Below are positions 45,534 to 58,846 of a stretch of DNA of 64,000 bases, in pieces (the first letter of the stretch is position 1; every line of letters begins with the position of its first letter). The stretch lies in the NCBI GenBank assembly GCA_965213675.1, contig OZ243916.1, positions 1,280,001 to 1,344,000 on the forward strand. Direction: 5' to 3'. The notes below the pieces were generated by a model. It was not told the origin of the DNA. It saw only the letters and a program-made list of their open reading frames with translations, and ran no database searches. The stretch comes from an uncultured Candidatus Binatia bacterium. GTDB taxonomy: Bacteria; Desulfobacterota; Binatia; UBA9968; JAJDTQ01. The translations under genes and the position numbers were made by a program.

Positions 45534-45611
45534 TGCTCGCAGTTACCTCAGTTTATAAAGAATCGATAAACTGACTAAACTTCCTAAAGTCCCTGTCATT
45601 CCTCCCCTCGC

Positions 45612-46322
45612 CTACCCGAACAACCCCATCAACGCATCCACCGCCGCCCGCGTGTCCGAGAAGTCGGGCAGCAGTTCGTCGGGCTCGATGTGGCGGAGTT
45701 CCTCCAGGGGGTGGTAGCGGCCGGTGGCCACGAGGAGGCATTTCATGCCGTTGGTGCGGGCGGCTTCGAGGTCGCGGGGGGTATCGCCGACGATGACGCA
45801 GTGGCGCGGCTCCACCGGTCGGTTCAGGTGGGCGCCCCACCGCTCCATGGCGATGCGGGGGAGGTCGTTGCGGTTGGGGGAATCGCTCGCAAAGGCGCCA
45901 AGGCCGATGTGCTCGCCCACGCCGGCGGCCTGAAGCTTCAGGCGGGCGGTAACTTCCATGTTGCCGGTGACGACGCCAAGGCAGAGGTCCCCTCGGCGGC
46001 TCAGCGCCCCCACCAACTCCAAGACGCCGGGCAACGCATACATCACGGTCGAGCCTCTGGAAATGGCGCGGGTGTAGCATTCCTGCAGGCTCTGGCTGAA
46101 GCGGGCTGCGTCGGCCGGACGCCATTTCACCTTGTGGCCGCCAGCGTCGAAGATCTCCTGCAGGATTATCGGATCGGTCTTGCCGTCCGGGCGAATGGTG
46201 CGGATATCGCCCGGGACGCCGAAGGTCTTGAAAATGGCGTCGTTGAAGGCAAGGTGCCCGTTCCGGGACCGCACCAGGGTACCGTCGATGTCGAAGAAGA
46301 TGATCTTGGGTTCGTTGGCCAT
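45612..46322 (-). CDS. HAD-family hydrolase
   Basis: FDIDGTL, VTGN, VGDTPRD. Confidence 0.9.
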   Translation of the reverse strand: MANEPKIIFFDIDGTLVRSRNGHLAFNDAIFKTFGVPGDIRTIRPDGKTDPIILQEIFDAGGHKVKWRPADAARFSQSLQECYTRAISRGSTVMYALPGVLELVGALSRRGDLCLGVVTGNMEVTARLKLQAAGVGEHIGLGAFASDSPNRNDLPRIAMERWGAHLNRPVEPRHCVIVGDTPRDLEAARTNGMKCLLVATGRYHPLEELRHIEPDELLPDFSDTRAAVDALMGLFG

Positions 46323-46398
46323 GACGGATTGGAAACTTATACGCTCGCGGCGGACATGGAAAGAGACCGTCGCGCGGCGCCCGACGGCCACCGTCTGA

Positions 46399-46427
46399 TT
46401 GACAAAGCCGCCCTGCCGGGCTACGAA
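46399..46427 (+). promoter_or_regulatory. Putative sigma70 promoter
   Basis: TTGACA-17 nt-TACGAA immediately before the ZTP aptamer. Confidence 0.55.
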
Positions 46428-46430
46428 GAA

Positions 46431-46524
46431 CGTCGCACAACTGGCGTGTACGTGGAGCTTACCACGAGGGAGTGCATGTGTGGCTTCGGCCGCACCTGAC
46501 TGCTGGAAGGCCGAACGCCTGGGT
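46431..46524 (+). promoter_or_regulatory. ZMP/ZTP (pfl) riboswitch
   Basis: GCAC-aACTGGCG...GTGG-agctta-CCAC-gaGGGA-GTGC, then a linker hairpin and GCCGAACGCCTGGG. Confidence 0.85.
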
Positions 46525-46553
46525 CTCTATGCGAGGGAGGTTCAGGCTTTTTT
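46517..46553 (+). terminator. Intrinsic terminator overlapping the aptamer 3' end (expression platform)
   Basis: gcctgggtctct / ggaggttcaggc stem followed by T6. Confidence 0.7.
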
Positions 46554-46698
46554 GTGCGCAAATCCCGTCATGCCCGTGTCCCACGGAGACCACCTCGGGA
46601 CGAACATTGAGACAGTCCTTCGACACGGTTCATCCAGCCGTGCTCGATCCAGCCGATTTTGAGCCATCCATACAACTTTACGCATTGGATGTGACGCC

Positions 46699-47844
46699 AT
46701 GATCAAGCAATACCTGCTGTCCCCCGGTCCGACGCCCATTCCCAACGAAGTCCAACTGGCCATGGCCCGGACCATGATCCACCATCGGACACCGGAGTTC
46801 GCGACGGTCCTGGAGGAGGCCCGCCAGGGGCTCAAGCCGCTGTTCGGCACAGCCAACGACGTGATCATATTCGCCTCGTCCGGCACCGGCGCCATGGAGG
46901 CGGCGGTGGCCAACCTGTTCTCGCCGGGGGACAAGGTCGTGGTGGTCAACGGCGGCAAATTCGGGGAGCGCTGGCTGCGCATCTGCCGCGCCTACGGCCT
47001 CGACGTGGCGGAGATTCCGGTGGAGTGGGGCAAGGCCGTGGAGGTGAGCGCCGTGGAACAGGCGCTCCAGGCCAATCCCGACACCAAGGGCGTGCTGATC
47101 CAGGCCAGCGAGACTTCCACCACGACGCTCCATCCGGTGCGCGAAATCGCGGCGCTGACGCGCGACGACGGGCCGCTCCTGCTGGTGGACGGCGTGACCG
47201 CCGTGGGCGTGCTGTCCGTGCCCATGGACGAGTGGGGCATCGACGTCCTGGTGACGGGCTCGCAGAAGGCCATGATGCTGCCGCCGGGGCTGGCCTTCAT
47301 CGGCTTGAGCGACCGCGCGTGGCAGCGCACCCGGGAAAGCGCGTCGCCGCGCTTCTACTTCGACCTGGAGAGCGAGCGCAAGGGACAGGCCAAGGGCTCC
47401 ACCGCGTACACCCCCGCGGTGTCGCTGGTGTTCGGGCTGTGCGCCGCCCTGAAGCTCATGCGCGACGAGGGTCTGGAGCGGGTCTACGCGCGCCACGACC
47501 GCATGGCCCGGGCCACCCGCACGGCAGCCACCGCCCTGGGGCTCAGGCTTCTGTCCCCGGATACTCCCAGTCCCGCGGCCACCGGTTTCTATGTGCCTGA
47601 CGGCTCCGACGGCGACGCGCTACTCGAATTTCTGCGGGTGCGCATGGGCATCACCCTGGCGGAAGGACAGGACCATCTTCAGGGCAAAGTCATCCGCATC
47701 GCCCACGTGGGCCACATGGGCGCCTTCGACGTGATCGTGGCCATCAGCGCGCTGGAAATGGCCTTTCGCAAGTTCGATCTTCCGGTCACCCTCGGCAAGG
47801 GTGTGGCCGCGGCCCAGGAGATCCTCATGGAGGCCCTCGATTGA
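46699..47844 (+). CDS. Class V aminotransferase (alanine-glyoxylate family; likely phosphoserine aminotransferase)
   Basis: PGPT, HHRT, SSGTGAME, ETST, TGSQKAMMLPPG; directly upstream of serA. Confidence 0.9.
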   Translation: MIKQYLLSPGPTPIPNEVQLAMARTMIHHRTPEFATVLEEARQGLKPLFGTANDVIIFASSGTGAMEAAVANLFSPGDKVVVVNGGKFGERWLRICRAYGLDVAEIPVEWGKAVEVSAVEQALQANPDTKGVLIQASETSTTTLHPVREIAALTRDDGPLLLVDGVTAVGVLSVPMDEWGIDVLVTGSQKAMMLPPGLAFIGLSDRAWQRTRESASPRFYFDLESERKGQAKGSTAYTPAVSLVFGLCAALKLMRDEGLERVYARHDRMARATRTAATALGLRLLSPDTPSPAATGFYVPDGSDGDALLEFLRVRMGITLAEGQDHLQGKVIRIAHVGHMGAFDVIVAISALEMAFRKFDLPVTLGKGVAAAQEILMEALD

Positions 47845-47968
47845 TTGAAGAACTCCGGGCACAGCGGGCCGCGGCGTTTTCGAGAGCATGACCGCCCAAG
47901 GCTTCGGGAGCCTGTCGGGTCTCCGGCAACCCCTCCGCCAACGGGAAACGATCAGGAGTGACGGCAAC

Positions 47969-50864
<2,896 letters not shown>

Positions 50865-50971
50865 AACGATCTGCGCCTCGCCCGGTCGCGCCCGCACCAA
50901 ACCCGCCAGGAGCCGCCTTGGGACGATCGCGGGGCGCCCCACAAGTCATCGCGCCTTGCCGATGACATGAA

Positions 50972-52756
50972 TTACTCCTTGAATCCGCCCGATTCCTGAT
51001 AGCGGGGGTCCGAGGCCGCGGTGATGCCGCGCCCGGCCATGCCGATGGCGTGAACCCTACCCTGGAGGCGGCCGCGCCGCACACGGTGACCCCGGCGCGC
51101 CAACAAGGCCACCGCTTCGTCGCTGATTCCGGCCTCCGCCTCAACGATGCCTTGCGCGTCCGGCGCCGCGTGAATGCGCGGCGCCGCCACCGCCTCCGCC
51201 AGAGGCATGCGGAAGTCCACCACGTTGAGGATGGTCTGGAGCACCGCCCCGGTGATCGGCGCCCCGCCCGACCCGCCGGCGATGAGCACCGGCCGGTCCT
51301 CCCGCAGCAGGACCACGGGCGTCATTCCGTTGACCGCCCGTGCCCGGGGCTTGAGCGCGTTGGGAACATCCACCGCGGGTGTACCGGAGCCGTCCGCCAG
51401 CGCGAAGTCCCGCATCCGGTTGTTGAGGATGATGCCGGCTTCGCGCACCAGCACCTTGGCGCCGAAAGGACTACCGAGGGACAGGCTCATGGAGACGGCA
51501 TTGCTCTCCCCGTCGAGCACGCCGATGTGCCTGGTGGCGGCATGCGCTTGCGACGGTGCGCCCGCCAGAGCCGCAGGCGCCGCGGACACCCGCGCGGCCC
51601 GTTCCATGGAAACCCTCCGGCGCACCGCGGAAGCGCGTTCCGCGGAGGTGAAGCGGCCCACAGGAAATTCACCGGCATCGGCATCCCCCAGAGCGCTGCG
51701 CAATTCGTCCATGCCGGCCTTGGTGGTCTCGGCGATCAGGTGCAGGTAGGCTCCCGAATTGTGCCGGAACTGGTCCGGTCCATAGCCCTCCAGGACGTTC
51801 AGCAACCCCACGAGAGCCACGCCGCCGATGCTGGGCGGCGGCGCTGTCAGCACCGTCCGGCCACGGTAGCCGCCGATGACCGGTGGACGCCAGGCGGGCC
51901 GGTAACTGTGAAGATCGTCCAGGTTCACGGCGCCGCCGTCGCGCTGGATGCGCGCGGCCACCGCCTGTGCGGCCGTTCCCCGGTAGAACGCCGCGGCCCC
52001 GTCTCGGGCGATGGCCTTCAAGGTCTCCGCCAACTCCGGCTGGCGGATCGTGGCGCCCACCTCGCGGGGAGCGCCGGACGCCTTGAGGAAGATGCGGGAG
52101 AAGTTGGGGCGTTGCCGCAACGCCGCCAGACTCGCGTCGATGGCCCTTCGTAAACGCGGCGTCACCACCACTCCCTCGACGGCATGGCGAATGGCGGGAG
52201 CCAACACCGTCTCCAGCGGCAGGCTGCCGAAGCGATTCAAGGCCGCCACCAGCCCGGCCACGGTGCCCGGCACGGCCACCGCCAACGCGCCCGTGTCCGG
52301 CGGTTCGTGCGCCGCCCCCTTGCGGTAAAGCTCCGGGCTGGCCGCAGCGGGTGAGACTTCGGTGAAGTCCAGCGCGTGCACGCGCCTCTCCCGCGCCCGG
52401 TAGAGCACCATGACCCCGCCCCCGCCCAGGGCGGACGAAGGCGGATCGAGCACGGCCAAGGCAAACGCGGTGGCGACGCCGGCGTCCACCGCGTTGCCCC
52501 CCTGCTCCAGGATGTACATGCCCGCCTTCACCGCGGCCGGATGATCCGCCACCACCACCCCGTCGAGCCGGCTCTGGGCCAGGGACGTCGACAACGCTGC
52601 CAGTAGAACAACGAGGACAATCACCAGGGGCAACCCCGCGGCAGCGCCATGGCGACGCAACGAAACGGTGCGCACGGACACCCCACCCGCAGCGACCCCA
52701 GCGCCATGGCGACCATCTGACACGTTTGGCACGGACACGGTTGGAAAGCCGGACAT
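50972..52756 (-). CDS. Gamma-glutamyltransferase-family Ntn hydrolase, divergent (start uncertain)
   Basis: GGNAVDA, VPGTVAG, QPELAETL, PPPS.GG, TRH nucleophile site, PRIH. Confidence 0.85.
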   Translation of the reverse strand: MSGFPTVSVPNVSDGRHGAGVAAGGVSVRTVSLRRHGAAAGLPLVIVLVVLLAALSTSLAQSRLDGVVVADHPAAVKAGMYILEQGGNAVDAGVATAFALAVLDPPSSALGGGGVMVLYRARERRVHALDFTEVSPAAASPELYRKGAAHEPPDTGALAVAVPGTVAGLVAALNRFGSLPLETVLAPAIRHAVEGVVVTPRLRRAIDASLAALRQRPNFSRIFLKASGAPREVGATIRQPELAETLKAIARDGAAAFYRGTAAQAVAARIQRDGGAVNLDDLHSYRPAWRPPVIGGYRGRTVLTAPPPSIGGVALVGLLNVLEGYGPDQFRHNSGAYLHLIAETTKAGMDELRSALGDADAGEFPVGRFTSAERASAVRRRVSMERAARVSAAPAALAGAPSQAHAATRHIGVLDGESNAVSMSLSLGSPFGAKVLVREAGIILNNRMRDFALADGSGTPAVDVPNALKPRARAVNGMTPVVLLREDRPVLIAGGSGGAPITGAVLQTILNVVDFRMPLAEAVAAPRIHAAPDAQGIVEAEAGISDEAVALLARRGHRVRRGRLQGRVHAIGMAGRGITAASDPRYQESGGFKE

Positions 52757-53073
52757 CTGCGATCCCATCCACGCGAAGGCTTGTACCTGTCCAGGCGCCG
52801 GGAAGCCTGCGCCGCAAGCTCCTCGCGGTCGATTCCCGAAAAACCCGACAGACTCCCGGTTAGTCGTTCGGCCGCGGGTTTGCAAACGGGAAATCTTTGC
52901 GGGCGATCCGGGTTGTGTTACCTTGCTCCCATGGCCGCGACGCGAGTTGCCCGCACGGGTTTTCGCACCGCGCTCGGCGGATCGGCCCACGCAGCCGGCC
53001 GTTCCCCCGGATGGTCCGGGAAGACCGGCGCCGCGTCGGATGATCCACATCGGAGAAACAAACGGAGAAACAT

Positions 53074-55074
53074 TTGGCGCGCCAATACGTCCTGAAGAAC
53101 CTCGATGCGCCGGCGCGGGACACGCCGTCCGCCATCGCCTACGAGGAGGAACTCAACGAGGCGCAGTGTCAGGCGGCCATGTTCCTCGACGGACCGCTTC
53201 TGGTCATCGCCGGCGCCGGCACGGGCAAGACCCGGACCCTGGTGTACCGCGTGGCGCGTCTCATCGAGCGTGGCATCGATCCGAGTTCGATCCTGCTGCT
53301 CACCTTCACCCGGCGCGCGGCCGAAGAAATGCTGCGGCGCGCCAGCCTCCTCACCGACTCCCGCTGCGAGCGGGTCGCCGGCGGCACCTTCCATTCCTTC
53401 GGCAACATGGTGCTGCGGCAGTACGGCCAGATCCTGGGGCTGGCGCCGGGCTTCACCATCATGGACCGCGGCGACAGCGAGGACGTGCTTCAACTCCTGC
53501 GCGCCCAGATGGGCCTCGACAAGCGCGACAAGCGCTTTCCGCGCAAGCAGACCATCGGCGAGATTCACAGCCTGGCGCGCAACACCCAGGTGCCGTTGCC
53601 GGACCTGGTGCAGCGCGAGTACTCCCATCTGGCGGACTACCTGGAAGAGCTGGTCACCATCACCCAACGCTACCAGACCTACAAGCGCGAGAAGTCGCTG
53701 CTGGACTACGACGACCTGCTCACCTGCCTGAAGGATCTGCTGGACGCCGACGAGGACCTGCGCGGGCGCCTGTCCGACCGTTTCCGCTTCATCATGGTGG
53801 ACGAGTACCAGGACACCAACCGGCTTCAGTCCGACATCATCCGGCGGCTGGCGTTCACCCACGACAACGTCATGGCGGTGGGCGACGACGCACAGAGCAT
53901 CTACTCGTTCCGGGGCGCCAACTTCCGCAACATCATGGACTTCCCCAACCAGTTCCCCGGGGCCACGCTCATCCCGCTGGAGGAGAACTACCGCAGCACC
54001 CAGCCGATCCTGCACCTGACCAACGAGATCATCACGCGCGCGTCCGAACGCTACGAGAAGACGCTGTTCAGCCGCAAGAGCGAGGGCGAAGCGCCGCTCC
54101 TCGTGCAGGCGGAGAGCGAGCACACCCAGTCGCGCTTCGTATGCCAGCGCATCCTCGAACTCCGGGAAGAGGGAGTGCCCTTGTGGGACATGGCCGTGCT
54201 GTTCCGCTCGAGCTTCCACTCCTTCGATCTGGAAATCGAGCTGACGCGGCACGATATTCCCTTCGTCAAGCGCGGTGGCTTCCAGTTCATGGAGACGGCC
54301 CACATCAAGGACGTGCTGGCGCACCTGCGGGTTCTCAGCAATCCGCGCGACGCCGTATCCTGGAGCCGGGTGCTGATGTTGTTGGAGGGGGTCGGCCCGC
54401 AGATGAGCCGGAAGCTCATCGACGGCATCCTCGCGCAGGACGACCCGGGCCGGGGTCTGCGCGGCGTGGAGTCCCGCGGGCGCGCCGCCCAGGGGATCAA
54501 GACTTTGGCGCGGGTGCTCGACGAGTGCGCCGAGCGCACCCGGCCGGCGGACATGGCCCAGTACCTGATGCAGTACTATCTTCCCATCCTCAAGCGGAAG
54601 CACGCCGACGACTACCCCAAGCGGCTGCGCGACCTGGAGCATTTTCAGAGCCTCACCGAGCGCTACCAGAGCCTCGAGCGATTGTTGAGCGACATGGCGC
54701 TGGAGCCTCCGTCCGCCAGCACAGACGAGGCCCTTCCGGTGGATCCGGACGAAGGGCCGCTGGTGCTGTCCACCGTGCACTCGGCCAAAGGGCTGGAGTG
54801 GCATTCGGTGTTCATCATCTGGGCGCTGGAGGGGCGCTTCCCGTCCTACTACAACACGAACAGCGTGGAGGAGCTGGAAGAGGAGCGGCGGCTGCTGTAC
54901 GTGGCCGCCACCCGCGCCAAGGAGAACCTGTTCTTCTCCTACCCCGCGCGTGTGTACGACCGGAACCTCGGAATGGTGTTCTCGCGTCCGTCCCAGTTCA
55001 TCGAAGGCATCTCCGAGGAGTTGCTGGAGCCCATGTCGCTGGTCCATGAAGACTCGTGGTACAGCCAACTGTGA
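53074..55074 (+). CDS. UvrD/PcrA-family ATP-dependent DNA helicase
   Basis: AGAGTGKT, VDEYQDTN, VGDDAQSIYSFRGA, ENYRS, STVHSAKGLEW, EERRLLYVAATRA. Confidence 0.95.
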   Translation: MARQYVLKNLDAPARDTPSAIAYEEELNEAQCQAAMFLDGPLLVIAGAGTGKTRTLVYRVARLIERGIDPSSILLLTFTRRAAEEMLRRASLLTDSRCERVAGGTFHSFGNMVLRQYGQILGLAPGFTIMDRGDSEDVLQLLRAQMGLDKRDKRFPRKQTIGEIHSLARNTQVPLPDLVQREYSHLADYLEELVTITQRYQTYKREKSLLDYDDLLTCLKDLLDADEDLRGRLSDRFRFIMVDEYQDTNRLQSDIIRRLAFTHDNVMAVGDDAQSIYSFRGANFRNIMDFPNQFPGATLIPLEENYRSTQPILHLTNEIITRASERYEKTLFSRKSEGEAPLLVQAESEHTQSRFVCQRILELREEGVPLWDMAVLFRSSFHSFDLEIELTRHDIPFVKRGGFQFMETAHIKDVLAHLRVLSNPRDAVSWSRVLMLLEGVGPQMSRKLIDGILAQDDPGRGLRGVESRGRAAQGIKTLARVLDECAERTRPADMAQYLMQYYLPILKRKHADDYPKRLRDLEHFQSLTERYQSLERLLSDMALEPPSASTDEALPVDPDEGPLVLSTVHSAKGLEWHSVFIIWALEGRFPSYYNTNSVEELEEERRLLYVAATRAKENLFFSYPARVYDRNLGMVFSRPSQFIEGISEELLEPMSLVHEDSWYSQL

Positions 55075-55113
55075 CGCCGTGACCAGCGGCGGACGGGGGG
55101 CGGCCTGATCGCC

Positions 55114-56067
55114 ATGCAGCGCCTTCTGGCCTGGTTGGCGGCGCGCGCGAGGCCCTTGTCCACGGTGTCACCGGGAGCCCTGATGTCGGCATTGCTGGCG
55201 CCCTTGGGGCGTGGTTGGTCCACCACGCTTTACGAGAAGGACACTCGTTACCACAGCATCCGCGTGGAAGAGACCCGGGAGCGGCGCTATCTCTACTTTG
55301 ACGGGACCTTGCAAAGTTCCATGAACCGCAAGGACCCCGTCTCCCTGGAGCTGGTCTACTCGCGCTTCGCGTCGCTGGGACTCGTGCTCAGACCCGATGC
55401 CGCCAGGGCGCTGTTCATCGGGCTCGGTGGCGGCTCCATGGCCAGAACGTTCCACCACGCGTTCCCGGAGCTGGAGATCGATAGCGTCGAGATCGATCCG
55501 GAGGTGATCGAGGTGGCGCGCAAGTTCTTCGGCTTCCGCGAGGACCCGCGCCAGCGCGTCCACAACGGCGACGGACGCACGTTCCTCACGCGCGCCGCGG
55601 CGCGTTTCGACCTGATCCTGCTGGACGCCTTCTACGCGGACAACATGCCGTTCCACCTGATCACCCGCGAGTTCCTGGACACCGCCCGCGACAGGCTGAG
55701 CGCCGACGGCGTGCTGGTCATCAACCTCATCGGTGCGCTCCGGGGTTCCGAAAGCGGATTCGTCCGGGCTGCCCTCAAGACCCTGGAAGGCATTTTCCCG
55801 CAGGTCTACACGTTTCCCACCTTCGGCAACCGCGGCCACGTGTTGAGCGAGATCCAGAACGTGGTGGTGCTGGCCAGCAAGGCCGTGAAGCGCATGAGCG
55901 TGAAGGAGATGGAGCGCCGCGCCACGGAACTCGGTCTCGGGCAGCATCTTTTTCCCAAGCCCCTCAGCAAGATTCGAAGCTGCTACTTCAAGGGTCCGCT
56001 GGAGCAGGACGACGTGGAGACCCTCGCGGATGAGGATGCGCCGCTGGATAATCAGGTTCGCCTGTAG
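55114..56067 (+). CDS. Spermidine-synthase-like SAM-binding protein (start uncertain)
   Basis: IGLGGG, VEIDPEV, GDGR, LILLDAF, HLITREF. Confidence 0.8.
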   Translation: MQRLLAWLAARARPLSTVSPGALMSALLAPLGRGWSTTLYEKDTRYHSIRVEETRERRYLYFDGTLQSSMNRKDPVSLELVYSRFASLGLVLRPDAARALFIGLGGGSMARTFHHAFPELEIDSVEIDPEVIEVARKFFGFREDPRQRVHNGDGRTFLTRAAARFDLILLDAFYADNMPFHLITREFLDTARDRLSADGVLVINLIGALRGSESGFVRAALKTLEGIFPQVYTFPTFGNRGHVLSEIQNVVVLASKAVKRMSVKEMERRATELGLGQHLFPKPLSKIRSCYFKGPLEQDDVETLADEDAPLDNQVRL

Positions 56068-56692
56068 CGCGCTGCTGCTGTCCGGCTGCGCCGCCGCGCG
56101 CCCGGATGACGGAGCCGCGCCGGTGCGGGTGGTGCGGGTCAAGGTCGTGGCCGACCCGGCCCTGCGGCGGGCGGACGCGGGGTGGCGGCACAGCGCCCGG
56201 GAATTGTTGCGCGCGGCCTCCGATTTCTACGAGACACGGTTCGGCATCCGGCTCACCGTCCAGGCGGCCGAAGAATGGCGCTTGGACGGGAGCACGACGT
56301 CGTCCGTGGTGCTCATGCGGCGCCTCCAGCGCGCGTACCCCCGCGGGGGCGAAGACCTGCCCTACGACATCGTCATCGGCCTCACCCAGCAACCTCTCGA
56401 CTTCTACCGGGGCGGACGCGCCCGCGCCGACCGTTTCGGCAACTGCGGCGAGGGGTTGGGCGGCTACATCGTGAGCCACGTGAGCGAGGACTTCACATAC
56501 GATGGCGATGAACTGAACCACGACGCGGCGGCCATCATTCACGAACTGGGGCACCTGTTCGGCGCCGTGCACACCGACGATCCGGAATCGATCATGCACG
56601 CGGACTTCGAGTTGAGAAGCGGTTTCGACGCGCCCAACCGCGCCATCGTCATGGGGAACCGGCTGTGCCCGTTCGCCGGCGGCAAGCAATGA
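56036..56692 (+). CDS. Metzincin zinc-metalloprotease-like lipoprotein
   Basis: LLSGC lipobox, HELGHLFGAVH, SIM Met-turn. Confidence 0.8.
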   Translation: MRRWIIRFACSALLLSGCAAARPDDGAAPVRVVRVKVVADPALRRADAGWRHSARELLRAASDFYETRFGIRLTVQAAEEWRLDGSTTSSVVLMRRLQRAYPRGGEDLPYDIVIGLTQQPLDFYRGGRARADRFGNCGEGLGGYIVSHVSEDFTYDGDELNHDAAAIIHELGHLFGAVHTDDPESIMHADFELRSGFDAPNRAIVMGNRLCPFAGGKQ

Positions 56693-58641
56693 CGCCTCTC
56701 TGGACACCCGCGGACGTGCGCGTTCGGGATTCCCACCTGTACCGGTTTCGCGAGCGGTTGCGGGCGTCCCACGACTTTCCCGGCGATTCCTTCGGGGCGC
56801 TGCACCGGTGGAGCGTGACGCGGCTGGAGGATTTCTGGGCGGCGGCGTGGCTGGACGCCAGCGGACAGACGCCGGCCGGGCCGGTGCTGGCGGACGACGC
56901 CATGCCTCCGGCCGGACGGCTGGAGCGCGAAGTCTGGTTTCCCGGGAACCGGTTCAACTTTGCCGCCCAGCTATTGCGCCACCGGGATGATCGCGTCGCC
57001 ATCATCGAGGACAACGAACAGGGCCGGCGCCGGGCGGTCACGTTCCGGGAACTGTCCGCCCTGACCGGCCGGTGCCAGGCAGGACTCCGGCGCGCGGGCG
57101 TGGGACCGGGCGACCGGGTGGCGGGCTACCTGCCCAACGTGCTGGAGACCGTCGTGGCCATGCTGGCCGCCACCTCCCTGGGCGCGGTGTGGACGGCCAC
57201 CTCGGCCGACTTCGGTTTCCAGGGTGCATTCGACCGCTTCAGCCAGATCCAACCCAGGGTGCTGGTGTCAGCGGATGGCTACTCCTACAACGGCAAATTC
57301 CACGACTGCGTGGAGAAGACGCAACGGCTGGCGGAGGCTCTTCCCGGCCTGGAACGGTGGGTGGTGGTGTCCCGTCATGGAGGGCGGCTGCCCGGCGGCG
57401 CCATGGCATGGGAGTCGTTTCTCGAAGCCGGTCCCGTTGAACCCACGTTCGCGGAGTTCCCCTTCGAACATCCCGCGTACATTCTCTACACGTCCGGCAC
57501 CACCGGACTGCCCAAGTGCATCGTGCACGGCGCCGGAGGCACCACGCTCAAGCACCACGTGGAGCACAGCCTCCACACGGACGTGGGCCGCGACGACACG
57601 GTCTTTTTCTTCACCACCTGCGGCTGGATGATGTGGCACTGGCTCGTGAGCGGTCTGGCCCAAGGCGCGGCGGTGGTACTGTACGACGGCAGCCCCACCT
57701 GGCCGGATCACGACAGGCTGTTCCGCCTTGCGGAAGACCACGGCATCACCGTCTTCGGCGCCAGCCCCAAGCTTCTCGCCACGCTGGAGAAGAGCGGGTT
57801 CCGCGCCGCGGGCAAGTACCGGCTCGACGGCATGCGCGCCGTCCTGTCCACCGGCGCGCCGCTGGAGGCGTCCCAATTCCACTACGTTGACGACGCCATC
57901 AAGCCGGGCGCGCAGATCTGCTCCATCTCGGGAGGCACGGACATCATCGGCTGCTTCGTTCTCGGGAACCCCATTTCGCCGGTCTATCCGGGGCAGATCC
58001 AGGGACCGGCCCTGGGCGTGGACGTGGCGGTCTTCGACGAGAACGGCCGCCCACTGACGGGCGCGCAGGGCGAACTGGTGTGCCGCAAACCGTTCCCGTC
58101 CATGCCCCTGGGCTTCTGGAACGACCCGGACGACGCCCGCTACCGCGAGACCTACTTCGACACCTACCCCGGCGTTTGGCGTCACGGGGACTACATCGAG
58201 GCCACATCCCAGCAAGGGTTCATCATCCACGGCCGCAGTGACACGACGCTCAACCCCGCGGGCATCCGGTTCGGCACCGCCGAGATCTATCGCATCGTCG
58301 AACAACTGCCTTTCGTGCGGGACAGCATTGTCGCCGGCTACAGCAGGGATGGGGAATCCCGGGTTGCGTTGTTCGTGGTGCTGGATCGGACGCTGGACCC
58401 GGCCACGGTGGACGCCATTCGCACGGCCATCCGCGCCCAGGCCACGCCGCGCCACGTCCCCGCCATCGTACGACAGATAAGCCAGGTACCCGTGACGCGC
58501 AACGGAAAGAAGGTGGAAAAGGCCGTGTCCGCCATACTCGATCATGAACCGGTGCGGAACCGGGAAGCTCTGGCGAACCCGGAGGCATTGGACGAAATCA
58601 TGTCATATTTGACGAAGTCGAGCGGACGAAGGGGCGGATGA
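56689..58641 (+). CDS. Acetoacetate--CoA ligase
   Basis: YTSGTTGLPKCIVH, FTTCGWMMW, SISGGTD, GRSDTTLNP, NPEAL. Confidence 0.92.
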   Translation: MTPLWTPADVRVRDSHLYRFRERLRASHDFPGDSFGALHRWSVTRLEDFWAAAWLDASGQTPAGPVLADDAMPPAGRLEREVWFPGNRFNFAAQLLRHRDDRVAIIEDNEQGRRRAVTFRELSALTGRCQAGLRRAGVGPGDRVAGYLPNVLETVVAMLAATSLGAVWTATSADFGFQGAFDRFSQIQPRVLVSADGYSYNGKFHDCVEKTQRLAEALPGLERWVVVSRHGGRLPGGAMAWESFLEAGPVEPTFAEFPFEHPAYILYTSGTTGLPKCIVHGAGGTTLKHHVEHSLHTDVGRDDTVFFFTTCGWMMWHWLVSGLAQGAAVVLYDGSPTWPDHDRLFRLAEDHGITVFGASPKLLATLEKSGFRAAGKYRLDGMRAVLSTGAPLEASQFHYVDDAIKPGAQICSISGGTDIIGCFVLGNPISPVYPGQIQGPALGVDVAVFDENGRPLTGAQGELVCRKPFPSMPLGFWNDPDDARYRETYFDTYPGVWRHGDYIEATSQQGFIIHGRSDTTLNPAGIRFGTAEIYRIVEQLPFVRDSIVAGYSRDGESRVALFVVLDRTLDPATVDAIRTAIRAQATPRHVPAIVRQISQVPVTRNGKKVEKAVSAILDHEPVRNREALANPEALDEIMSYLTKSSGRRGG

Positions 58642-58846
58642 GAGCGGATTTGCAGCCGTGAATTCCTACGGCGCAAGCTCCTGGGTCAAGTTCGTCGATG
58701 GCATCGATGGAAGGGAAACCCGCAGAAATGCCGCCTGATTCATCTCGACCATACACCAGACTCTACGGCAGCTCCCAATTGGCCTCGGCCTCATTGAAGC
58801 GTATAAAACTGTGTGATTGGGAATCGGAGGAACGGAGATCACGCCA

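Noticed and set aside
41400-45550. Integron cassette array
   Set aside because: No integrase, no convincing attC (RYYYAAC...GTTRRRY) sites, and mixed gene orientations.
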